From the NCBI RefSeq assembly GCF_000008625.1, contig NC_001880.1, positions 7,457 through 39,456 of the forward strand: a stretch of 32,000 bases of DNA. The letters are read 5' to 3'. Below, piece after piece: positions 8,503 to 16,790 of the stretch. The notes below the pieces were generated by a model. That model was not told where the DNA came from and searched no databases. It was given only the letters and a program-made list of their open reading frames with translations. A program made the position numbers and the translations under genes. The DNA comes from Aquifex aeolicus VF5 (lineage in GTDB: Bacteria > Aquificota > Aquificia > Aquificales > Aquificaceae). Numbering within the stretch: position 1 is the first letter of the stretch; every line of letters begins with the position of its first letter.

Positions 8503-8644
8503 GAATCATGCGAAATCCGCTTCCCGTAACCAGTTCAAAATCGTCCCAGTTTTTAGCTCCTCTCTCTAAAACGTCTACATACATCGTATATGCGTTTAGC
8601 ACTTTTCTTAAGTTCTTCGTTTGGGTTTCTGCTGTAAGGCTCAT
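8438..8644 (-). CDS. Hypothetical protein
   Basis: 68-aa ORF upstream of and overlapping 8164-8502. Confidence 0.5.
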
Positions 8645-9018
8645 ACCGAGTTCCTCCCTGTAGAACTTTTATTTATCCTTAAACCGGTCCTTTAGGGCTA
8701 AAAAACAGGCTTTTTATATGGCTTTTGTAAGGCCTTTTAGCCGTATAAAATGACAAGCGCGGACGGACGGGATTAACAAGAAGACATTCAATTTTCAAAA
8801 ACTGAAACTGCTGAAATTGCTTGGTTTTGGCTCGCTTCTTTCAGTTCCCTCGCTTAGTATACTAACTAAGATTAGTAAGCTTTGTAATAAAAGCTATAAT
8901 TATTAGCTAAATAATATAAGTTAGATGAGTAAAGATAGAAATTGGTTTAGAAAACATGCCTTTTACGGAAGTACTGAAAGCTCTTAAAAATATTTACGAG
9001 TAGTTTAAATACACTCTT

Positions 9019-9975
9019 TTACTCCCTCTTAAATTTGTTGTTTCTTTTCAGGATAAATTTAAACCTTTTGCTTATGGACACGCGTGAAACTTTGGAACCT
9101 TTATGATGCCACTCTATTATTCCCATTTCTTCCAGTTTATTTAAATGAGCGTAGAAAGTTCTCTTCTTAAGACCTGAGAGATTCAGCAACTCGTCCGTCT
9201 TCATTCCGTACTCTCTGTCCTTCAAATGTTTAAGGATTGGTTCAAACTTGTGTAAAATTTCTTCATACTTTGCTTTCTCATTAATATACCAAGTAATTGC
9301 TCCATTTTTGTTTATGTAATAGTATATTTTTTCAAAAGGATAAGCAAAATTATGCTTTTCTATTGTCAATACCCGAAAGCTTTTCCCTTCTGTGTAGGCC
9401 TGCATAAAGGGAGTTGTTAAAAACTTAATTGTAGATACGCCCTGATACCTGTCCGTTTTATTTTTTCCTGAACTTTTAATCGTGTGATGAATAAACATTA
9501 TGTGACTTTCAGAATTTCTTGCTAACTTTCTTGTTTTTTTAATAAATTCCTTAACTTCTACAGGATCATAAATAGACTTTCCTTCATAAAAGGCAACAAA
9601 ACTATCAACCACAACAAAATCGTAGCGTTTTTGTTCCAGTATCTTTTCAAAACTCCTGTAATCCGAAATGTCGTCCAGATCCATTATTTCCATTTCTGAA
9701 GTGCTTATTCTGTATCTTTTTCTTATTGGTTCTAACTTTTCTAAGATATCTTCCTTATAAAGTTCCAGAGATATATAGGCTACTTTCTTCGGTTCCTTAA
9801 CTTTGAGTAAATTGTGAAATAAGTTCTTACCTGCACCTGCCAGTAGACACAAGTAAAGGCTTATGGTAGTTTTCCCTACACCTGAATCACCGTAAAGTAT
9901 GGAAACGTATCCCTTCCTGAAAAACTCGTCAAAATTTTGCGCACTGTTGCTCCTTTTGTATTCACTTAACCTCAT
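9019..9975 (-). CDS. RecA-fold RepA-like replicative ATPase with C-terminal winged HTH
   Basis: Walker [13 protein letters not shown], Walker B-like [25 protein letters not shown]-terminal [44 protein letters not shown]. Confidence 0.8.
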
Positions 9976-10113
9976 ACTATTTTCATTTTAATTTAAAAGT
10001 TATGCATTACTATGCAATTTATCTTTTATAAGCCTAGTTAATCAATGATTGCATAAGCTTTCTTAAATAAATAAAAAATAAAAGAAAGACAGGAAAAAAG
10101 AACTAATTAAGTG

Positions 10114-10131
10114 AAGGAGCTTACGCTCCTT
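10114..10131 (+). promoter_or_regulatory. 5' leader hairpin (AAGGAGC-TTAC-GCTCCTT)
   Basis: Perfect 7-bp stem directly before A-rich sequence and AAAGGAGG-N-ATG (10156). Matching leader at 10783-10798. Confidence 0.7.
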
Positions 10132-10155
10132 AAAAAAATTAAAGGAGGTAAAGAA

Positions 10156-10752
10156 ATGAATGAATACTATGAAAGAATGGAAGAGCTATTTAAGCGTGAA
10201 TTTGCAAAAGAATACCTTGAATTAGCAGAGCAGTATTATGGTATTGAAGAATCCTATTATGAAGAAGAACAGAAATTAGATGAAGAAGAAAGAGAAATTA
10301 CAGATTGGACCGGGCAAATAGATGAAGTTTACAGCAATATAACAATAGACGAAGATTGGCTTTTTGAAAAACTCATTAAAAGAATAGAACTTGGAGGCAA
10401 AGTTTATACACTTTTTGTAGAACCGTATAACTCTTTACTACACAGAAAACCGATCGTAGTCGTACTTAAACCTTTAAAGGGAAGTAAAAAACTTGAAGAA
10501 ATAGTGGCAAAAGCTTATTACAGCAGGTTTTACTGGATGGAAGATCCTTTTTATAGAGATATACTCCTTTCAAGAGCGTATGAAGCGGAAAACACGATTA
10601 AAGAAGACCCGGAGAAATTTGAAGAATTCGTAAAAATGGCGGAAGTATTGAAAGAACATGAAGACAGGTTTCTGAATATAGAAAACATAGGAATAAAGTT
10701 TGTAGAAAAAAATTTAAGTGAGTTTACTCTTGGATTTGATTTAGAAGAATAA
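10156..10752 (+). CDS. Hypothetical acidic protein
   Basis: Strong RBS AAAGGAGGTAAAGAAATG. ORF MNEYYERMEELFKREF...FTLGFDLEE. Confidence 0.75.
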   Translation: MNEYYERMEELFKREFAKEYLELAEQYYGIEESYYEEEQKLDEEEREITDWTGQIDEVYSNITIDEDWLFEKLIKRIELGGKVYTLFVEPYNSLLHRKPIVVVLKPLKGSKKLEEIVAKAYYSRFYWMEDPFYRDILLSRAYEAENTIKEDPEKFEEFVKMAEVLKEHEDRFLNIENIGIKFVEKNLSEFTLGFDLEE

Positions 10753-10782
10753 CAATCAAAACAAACCTTTTCTTTCAAGTGA

Positions 10783-10798
10783 AGGGGCTTTCGCCCCT
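10783..10798 (+). promoter_or_regulatory. 5' leader hairpin (AGGGGC-TTTC-GCCCCT)
   Basis: Same context as the first hairpin: AAGTGAAGGGGCTTTCGCCCCTCAAAAAAC...AAAAGGAGGTAGAGATATG. Confidence 0.7.
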
Positions 10799-10825
10799 CA
10801 AAAAACTTTAAAAGGAGGTAGAGAT

Positions 10826-11344
10826 ATGGATATCAAACTCGACAAAAACGTAGTAAAGATGGTGATGAGCTCAAAAGAAGAAGAGCTAATGCCTTCAATA
10901 GGATGGGAAGGTAAAAAAGAAATACCCGTCTTAATTACCAACGTAGAAACCAAAATTCCCAAGGGACATCCTGTCATATTCAAAATGGTCCCAATTGATG
11001 AAGGTAAAGTAACTGCAGTGTTCATCTTCCTGACAGTAGGAGAACAGCTCTGGACTGTGTTCAATCCTGCGAACACTTACTACAGATTGTTCCTAAAAGC
11101 AATGACCGAAGCAGACAAACTGGCAATTTGCTTTCCGAATAAAAAGGCCATATCAATTAAGACAACAGAAGAAATGAAGAAAGCGGCAAGAATACTTCTC
11201 GACACAATAGAGGAATTTCAGTGGGATTCGGAAGAATTCGCAGAGGCACTGGAAAAAATAGCCGAAAATTATACGCTGGAAGACATAGAAATGATCGCAG
11301 TCCAAGAATGGAAAAAAAGAACAGGACAGGAAAAAGAAAACTGA
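10826..11344 (+). CDS. Hypothetical protein
   Basis: 172-aa ORF with strong RBS. Confidence 0.75.
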   Translation: MDIKLDKNVVKMVMSSKEEELMPSIGWEGKKEIPVLITNVETKIPKGHPVIFKMVPIDEGKVTAVFIFLTVGEQLWTVFNPANTYYRLFLKAMTEADKLAICFPNKKAISIKTTEEMKKAARILLDTIEEFQWDSEEFAEALEKIAENYTLEDIEMIAVQEWKKRTGQEKEN

Positions 11345-11398
11345 GTCAGTTTCTTCTTCATTTTTCTGTTTATTCTCTTCTGAGGGAGGAAAAGAAAA

Positions 11399-12214
11399 AT
11401 GAATTCAAAGGAACTGACCAAAGAAGTATTAAACCTCTTTCAGACTTTGCCAGAATTTTATTTTGAACACTTCCACGAATACGGAATATGGTTTCCTATA
11501 GTAGTAGGAATAATAGCATCAGCGGTAGGAATGTTCGGAATGCTTCTCTTTTACGCAGCAGAGCCCGATACAGAATTTGAAAAACTTCCCTTTTTTGTCA
11601 GAAAGATCGCATCAAGAGAGGGAGACGAAGACACTTATTTTGCACTCGGAATTTACCCGATAATTATCCTTCCCGCAGAAGGAAAAATTATCAAAGCAGC
11701 AGCAATCCACGAGTTCTTCCACGTTCTCTTCAAGTTCCCATGGGTAATATTCCAGCCAGTTACAGGAATATTCATGACACAGCTCCCGTACAGATTCTTT
11801 AACATGCTTACCCAGTTCCTGTATACTGTCCTTCCTAAGCACATCGTCCTAATGCTCATTCTCCTTTCCATGCCAATTCTCAAAAAATTCGGAATGGAGA
11901 AATCTCAAGTATACGAGCTTCTTTCTTTAGCTTCGAAATACATTACGTTTGTTTACATCTGTGCACTTGCAGCAGTAATTGAAGAACTGCTCGTGAACAT
12001 CGCAACAGCAATCTACTTCCTTATTACCTTCAAGTTCAACGAAAACACCTTTCTCGTTACAGTAGGCTCTTCACTTACGTATCTTTCAAACATCCCGATG
12101 ATCTTCGCATGTATGTGGATGGATTTTCACTACGCAGATGGACAGGGAGTAGAAATGGCAAAGAAATTCATTGAGCTCGTTTTCAAAACAGAACTTTCTT
12201 CCCTTTTCTTTTAA
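11399..12214 (+). CDS. Polytopic membrane protein
   Basis: Several hydrophobic segments (WFPIVVGIIASAVGMFGMLLFY; HIVLMLILLSMPIL; YITFVYICALAAVIEELLVNIATAIYFLITF). Contains a HEFFH element. Confidence 0.75.
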   Translation: MNSKELTKEVLNLFQTLPEFYFEHFHEYGIWFPIVVGIIASAVGMFGMLLFYAAEPDTEFEKLPFFVRKIASREGDEDTYFALGIYPIIILPAEGKIIKAAAIHEFFHVLFKFPWVIFQPVTGIFMTQLPYRFFNMLTQFLYTVLPKHIVLMLILLSMPILKKFGMEKSQVYELLSLASKYITFVYICALAAVIEELLVNIATAIYFLITFKFNENTFLVTVGSSLTYLSNIPMIFACMWMDFHYADGQGVEMAKKFIELVFKTELSSLFF

Positions 12215-12226
12215 CGGAGAGCCGCT

Positions 12227-12592
12227 CTATTTCCAGAATTTCGAGATTGCCAAGTTAAGGGTTAGAGGAGTGGAATGATCTAACGAGAATAAAAGAGGCA
12301 AATCAAGACCAACAGTTTCATATTTGGCATTGTGGGGAAATCGCTTGTGAAAACCCTTCATCCTTTGCTTTATGTGCTTGAACCACCTCTCCACTACATT
12401 CCTACCTCCGAAAGTTTCATGTATCCATCCGCAGTTTAGTTCCCTACATGCTTTCCTATACCATGGCCCCTTATCCGTTACAAACACGTATCCTTTTGAG
12501 TTGTAAAGCACAAGTTTTGCCACATGGGAGCTTTTTTTAGCACTTAACCACACAAAAGTAGGCACTCCCTTCAAGTTACAAGCTATCCACAA
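12227..12592 (-). pseudogene. C-terminal fragment of a DDE transposase (IS6/archaeal IS240-like)
   Basis: VTDKGPWYRKACRELNCGWIHETFGGRNVVERWFKHIKQRMKGFHKRFPHNA: D(K)GPWY plus E in RNxVERWFxxxKxRxxxF. N-terminus missing; bounded by GCCAAGTTAAGG ends at 12249 and 12599. Confidence 0.7.
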
Positions 12593-12738
12593 GAGACCGC
12601 CAAGTTAAGGATTAGGGGAAAGGAGAGATTTAATGAGAATAAAAGGAAGCGAGCCAAGACCAGACAGTTTCATGGTTTTTAACGAAATAGATGATAGATA
12701 GAAAATAGAGCAAGAGCATAGTTTTATTGAAAATCTTC

Positions 12739-12843
12739 TTACTTTTCCCCAGTAGCTATTTTCACACTTTTATAAACAAAGTAAATAAATGCACTTGCGA
12801 TTATAATTGCCCCTAAAACTGCCAAAATGTCGTAAATGTTCAT
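12739..12843 (-). CDS. Tiny membrane protein family B-like, locus 3 (34 aa)
   Basis: MNIYDILAVLGAIIIASAFIYFVYKSVKIATGEK. ATGA overlap with the gene upstream. Confidence 0.55.
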   Translation of the reverse strand: MNIYDILAVLGAIIIASAFIYFVYKSVKIATGEK

Positions 12844-13109
12844 TTATCTGCCTCCTTATTATTTAATTTAGACAAAAGTTCAATGTAGTCTTCTATTTTG
12901 ATTAGCAATCGCAAGGTTAGACTAATAAGAATTATTTCCGTAAAAGCACCCACGAATAATAGAAAAACCTTTATTTTATTATCAAGGTTTAAAAGCAGGC
13001 TTATTGTCCCACCACCTATAGCTATAATAGTAATCCAGAATAGTTTAAGAAGCTCAGTTAAAAACTTTATCTTTTCCTTTACGTATTCTTCCTTGTTCAC
13101 ATTTATCAT
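12840..13109 (-). CDS. Tiny membrane protein family A-like, locus 3 (89 aa, full length)
   Basis: ...IAIGGGTISLLLNLDNKIKVFLLFVGAF...LIKIEDYIELLSKL aligns with LTFGGGNIGLLLKLDSLLKVFLLFAGSS...YRKILDLLEEL at 16001-16168. Confidence 0.6.
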   Translation of the reverse strand: MINVNKEEYVKEKIKFLTELLKLFWITIIAIGGGTISLLLNLDNKIKVFLLFVGAFTEIILISLTLRLLIKIEDYIELLSKLNNKEADK

Positions 13110-13233
13110 TTTATCATTCTCCTAAAGACTGAGAATTCCCAAACTTCATCACCAAAGAAGTTTGATATTTGAAAATCAATAGATTGGTAAATATACCTTT
13201 ATAAACATATTGAAAATCAAAGGCTTAAAGCAA

Positions 13234-13648
13234 TCATTCTATAGTTAAGGCATTTGTACACTTCTTTACTCCCTTATCAAAGGACACAACTTTGTATTTC
13301 TTAGAATACGCACAAAGAAGGCAATCTACAAAGTCTAAGTTCTTATTAGAGTATATCTTTAGAGCCTCTATAAGGAGCTCATTATCTTCAATTTTCACAT
13401 TCCTAAGTTCCAGTATGTCTATAAGTACCTGTGATATAGTAGGTCTATCAACTTTATATACTTTCTTGAAGAACATAAACAATTTCGGCTATCACTACCT
13501 GTGGGATAAAAACTTTTAGTTCTCCGGAGAGTATCTTATTAAATAACTCCTCAGCCTCTTTATACAGCTTCCTGTGGTCTTTAAGTAGATATCGCAGGAT
13601 TACATTAGCATTAACAATTATCTCTTTTTCCCCTTTCCGCGAGGCCAT
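13234..13648 (-). pseudogene. VapC-like PIN domain toxin, split by +1-nt frameshift (copy 1)
   Basis: EIIVNANVILRYLLKDH...VVIAEIVYVLQE / VYKVDRPTISQVLIDIL...LDFVDCLLCAY...VVSFDKGVKK. The first catalytic Asp position is Asn. Confidence 0.8.
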
Positions 13649-13859
13649 CGCCTATTGCCTCTTTTTCAGTTTTCATTATCTCTTCTATGGACCTGTCACG
13701 GGTAGCGTATTTGTGTAGAATTCCTCCCAATTTCTTAACAGGTTTAATTATTACTTTTCCCTTCTCATAGGTTATCTCAACTATATCAGTTCCTAATAAT
13801 TTCCTGTACTCAGCAGGTATGGTAATTTGTCCTTTCTTAGTAAGCTTAGCTATTTTCAT
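13611..13859 (-). CDS. AbrB/SpoVT-type antitoxin (copy 1)
   Basis: MKIAKLTKKGQITIPAEYRKLLGTDIVEITYEKGKVIIKP. Confidence 0.85.
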   Translation of the reverse strand: MKIAKLTKKGQITIPAEYRKLLGTDIVEITYEKGKVIIKPVKKLGGILHKYATRDRSIEEIMKTEKEAIGDGLAERGKRDNC

Positions 13860-14020
13860 TCTTACCTACCTCAATAGGTACTACTTATTGTATAAAGTAT
13901 TACTTACATTATATAGTGTTACTTTTCACAAAAATGATTACATAGTATAGGTAGTTGTGATTAGCTATGCTGTTTGTTAGAGACTGCCAAGATAAGGGTG
14001 TAAGAAAATAGGTATATGGG

Positions 14021-14110
14021 TGTGCCTGCATACGCGTTTATCTTCATCCTTTCTTCATTCTTAAAGGCTTTTATGATTTCTTTCTGTTCTTCCGTTAGTT
14101 TTATACCCAT
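14021..14110 (-). pseudogene. N-terminal fragment of a UvrD/superfamily-1-like helicase
   Basis: MGIKLTEEQKEIIKAFKNEERMKINAYAGT resembles the Q-motif plus start of Walker A (AxAGTGKT), then truncates. Lies between IS-end-like sequences at 13986-13997 and 14134-14145. Confidence 0.45.
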
Positions 14111-14256
14111 TAGTTTTAATATAATTTGAGACCGCCAAGTTAAGGGAAATAGGTTGAAAATCAAGGGAACTGTTAATAACAGAACTTTACTGGAGTTTTA
14201 GAATCTCTTGAATATGCTTTGGCAATTATTTTATATGACATAAACTGTAAACTTCT

Positions 14257-14877
14257 CTAGTTTTCTAGGTACTCTTTTACTTTTCTTTTAAAGAATTCTT
14301 CAACTTCCTCCCAGTAAGGTTCTATATCTTCATAAACTTCTTCCCTTGCATCTTCGAAATATACGAGACTTTTTACAATAATTGAAAAGTCAATATTCCT
14401 GTACTTTTTTTTAACCAATTTTTCAAGCTCTTTTAAATCCCATCCGTGTTTTCTCATCAAAAACCACAGGTCGTAAAAATCCTTCTTTGACCCCCTTTGA
14501 GCTATTGCTACTGCCTTCATACAGGCAATATCCTTGTCCCCCGCTATGAAAATCCCAAGATCATTATTTTTTTCAGGGTTCTCTAACAGCGGGTATCGGT
14601 ATTCAAAAAAAGAGAATTTAATTCCATCAAGCAAGAATATTAGAGTATCTTTACTCTGATAAAGCCACCTTACTCTGCTTAGTTTATCAATTTGCCTTGA
14701 TATAGAGAAACTGTCAAAGGGTTTTTCAGGAAAAGTAAAAAAGTCAAAATCATCTGAAAATCTGTGCCCATATCTTATAAGCAAAGCGGTTCCTCCTGCA
14801 AGATAAAAATCGTTACAGATCCCTAAAGAAACTACTTTTTCTAAAGCCTCTCTCTGTTCTTTCTTTAACTTCCTCAT
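14257..14877 (-). CDS. AbiEii/MenA-family nucleotidyltransferase toxin
   Basis: FYLAGGTALLIRYGHRFSDDFDFFTFPEK...DLWFLMRKHGWDLKELEKL. Confidence 0.8.
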   Translation of the reverse strand: MRKLKKEQREALEKVVSLGICNDFYLAGGTALLIRYGHRFSDDFDFFTFPEKPFDSFSISRQIDKLSRVRWLYQSKDTLIFLLDGIKFSFFEYRYPLLENPEKNNDLGIFIAGDKDIACMKAVAIAQRGSKKDFYDLWFLMRKHGWDLKELEKLVKKKYRNIDFSIIVKSLVYFEDAREEVYEDIEPYWEEVEEFFKRKVKEYLEN

Positions 14878-15061
14878 CGCTTATATTTAAAGCTAACTTC
14901 CAGAAAGCTCTATTTTTAGCGTCAAACCTATGCAGGTTTTTCAAAAATGCCTCTCTCAGTTTTTTCCTAGGATATTTTTTGAGAACTTCTTTTACGTTTC
15001 CGTAAAGCATTTCTCTTATCAAAAGTTCCCTTTCACTTTTTACCTTGTCCCAGTTAAACAT
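14813..15061 (-). CDS. Probable cognate antitoxin of the AbiEii-like toxin
   Basis: 82-aa ORF overlapping the toxin start; KLREAFLKNLHRFDAKNRAFWKLALNISDEEV. Confidence 0.6.
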   Translation of the reverse strand: MFNWDKVKSERELLIREMLYGNVKEVLKKYPRKKLREAFLKNLHRFDAKNRAFWKLALNISDEEVKERTERGFRKSSFFRDL

Positions 15062-15223
15062 TTCTATCTAAAACAATTTTAAAATTTTCTAAAGCTTTCT
15101 TAGGTGTGGAGCCTACACTAAAAATCGGAGCTCCCACTACCTCAGCTCCCCAATTACTCTCTTTGTCCTTACGTAGAATTACAAGAAATTTATATTCGTA
15201 ACATATCATATATATTCAATATT

Positions 15224-15448
15224 ATGAAAAGAACGACCATTTTTATAAACGAAGAAACCAAACAAAAAATCAAACTAATAGCCAAGAAAAAGCAAAAAAG
15301 CATGGCAGAAATTATAAGAGAAGCTATAAATGAGTACATTGTAAAACACAAAAAGAATAAGAAGTATTCCTTTATAGGACTTGGTAAAAGCAAAAGATCT
15401 GATATCTCGGAAATTCATGAGGAAAAACTTTGGAAATACTCACAGTAG
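15224..15448 (+). CDS. Ribbon-helix-helix antitoxin-like protein, apparently orphan
   Basis: MKRTTIFINEETKQKIKLIAKKKQKSMAEIIREAINEYI. No PIN-domain ORF follows. Confidence 0.75.
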   Translation: MKRTTIFINEETKQKIKLIAKKKQKSMAEIIREAINEYIVKHKKNKKYSFIGLGKSKRSDISEIHEEKLWKYSQ

Positions 15449-15527
15449 ATAGGAGAGGTTTTTTGGGAATTAAAATTGGAAGAAGAAATCTGATGCTTTT
15501 ACCATAACAACTCAATTTCTTCGTTAT

Positions 15528-15635
15528 TTATCCTTGCTTTTCAGTTTCCTGCTTATTAACAAGCCAAACTATTACGAGACCAACTGTCAATATCCCAAGA
15601 CCTATAAGAATAAAACCTACGGTGTAGCTATCCAT
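15528..15635 (-). CDS. Tiny membrane protein family D, locus 2 (35 aa)
   Basis: MDSYTVGFILIGLGILTVGLVIVWLVNKQETEKQG, overlapping C by 8 nt. Confidence 0.65.
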   Translation of the reverse strand: MDSYTVGFILIGLGILTVGLVIVWLVNKQETEKQG

Positions 15636-15831
15636 CTTCACTTCCCTTATTAACAAAGTAAACTCCCAGCAAAAAGAAGGCGAGCCAAAATCCAAAAACA
15701 AGCAATAAGTAAAATAAGTTCGCCTTATGCTTTTGAAATAATGGAGCAACCAAGCCAACTGAAAGGAAAACTGTGGCAACTGTGAGAAAGCGCTTTCCTA
15801 TTTCCTTAAGTGTTTCCCTTTTCAACCTCAA
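15628..15831 (-). CDS. Tiny membrane protein family C, locus 2 (67 aa)
   Basis: MRLKRETLKEIGKRFLTVATVFLSVGLVAPLF...YFVNKGSEDG. Confidence 0.7.
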   Translation of the reverse strand: MRLKRETLKEIGKRFLTVATVFLSVGLVAPLFQKHKANLFYLLLVFGFWLAFFLLGVYFVNKGSEDG

Positions 15832-15855
15832 AAGATTTCCTCTCCTTCTTTTACT

Positions 15856-15972
15856 TCACTTAGCTTTTGGCTTTTTACCCTCTTCCAAAGTCATCTTAAG
15901 CATCATAACCACTATAAAGAGAAGAATTCCCCATAGGGCGACAGCTCCCAAGAAGGCAATCACATCATACAT
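15856..15972 (-). CDS. Tiny membrane protein family B, locus 2 (38 aa)
   Basis: MYDVIAFLGAVALWGILLFIVVMMLKMTLEEGKKPKAK. Confidence 0.65.
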   Translation of the reverse strand: MYDVIAFLGAVALWGILLFIVVMMLKMTLEEGKKPKAK

Positions 15973-16000
15973 TTTTCTCCTCCTTGCTCTTTTCTAATCT

Positions 16001-16168
16001 CTAAAGTTCCTCAAGAAGATCAAGTATTTTCCTGTAAGTAACAATCGTAAAAAGGACAAATCCGAGTGTTAGCGATGAGCCCGCAAAAAGCAAGAAAACC
16101 TTTAGCAAGCTATCAAGCTTTAACAACAGCCCTATATTTCCACCGCCGAAAGTTAATGATAGCTTTAA
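16001..16168 (-). CDS. Tiny membrane protein family A, locus 2; N-terminus/start not identified
   Basis: LKLSLTFGGGNIGLLLKLDSLLKVFLLFAGSSLTLGFVLFTIVTYRKILDLLEEL*. Confidence 0.45.
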   Translation of the reverse strand, partial: LKLSLTFGGGNIGLLLKLDSLLKVFLLFAGSSLTLGFVLFTIVTYRKILDLLEEL

Positions 16169-16169
16169 A

Positions 16170-16753
16170 ATTGGTGAAGGAATTCCAAACTTACGACATA
16201 CAAATTCAAGTTTATATTTCTTTTTGTATCTCCTTCTGAAAGGAATTGTAGTAAATCTATGTGGAAAGTTCTATCCTTTAAAAACTTCATTGGAATGTCT
16301 ATGTCGTGAAGTATAGATCTTATTTTCATTATGTATCCATCAAATTTATATCCGTTGTAGCTAACAATTCTATCAGCTTTTATTATTTCTTCCCAGAATT
16401 TTTGTATGAGGATTTTTCCTTTTCTTCAAGCTCTTCATAAATAAAGTCGGAACTTATCGGTTCAAAGAAAACTTCTACAGTCTTATTCTTACCACATGGG
16501 ATTAGTTTTTTTGTCGTTCTGGTTTGTTTGATCGGAAAGATATACTACTTTTCCTTCTTTTATTATCACTATCTTCTATAAGTACCGTTGAGAAAGATAC
16601 TAAAATAAGCGTGAAGGGATTAAAAGAAAATTCTCGTTCAATATCTTCCTGTGTTTTTTCCCTTTTGCCCCGCTTCTGAATGTATAAATAGTCATCGTAA
16701 GTAATATTCCTTTTATCAGGAACTGTTTCTATATCAAAAACTATAACTTTCAC
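16170..16753 (-). pseudogene. DEDD-family 3'-5' exonuclease resembling the PolB exonuclease domain, frameshifted
   Basis: MKVIVFDIETVPD..., then LIPCGKNKTVEVFFEPISSDFIYEELEEKEK, then ILIQKFWEEIIKADRIVSYNGYKFDGYIMKIRSIL..FHIDLLQFL in shifted frames. DxE and NGxxFD motifs. Confidence 0.65.
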
Positions 16754-16790
16754 CTTCTTCCTCCTTCTTTTATTATATTTTTAACCAGTT

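Noticed and set aside
12653-12720. Considered a continuation of the transposase between 12611 and 12720
   Set aside because: No extended frame resembling the transposase could be read past the second GCCAAGTTAAGG end.
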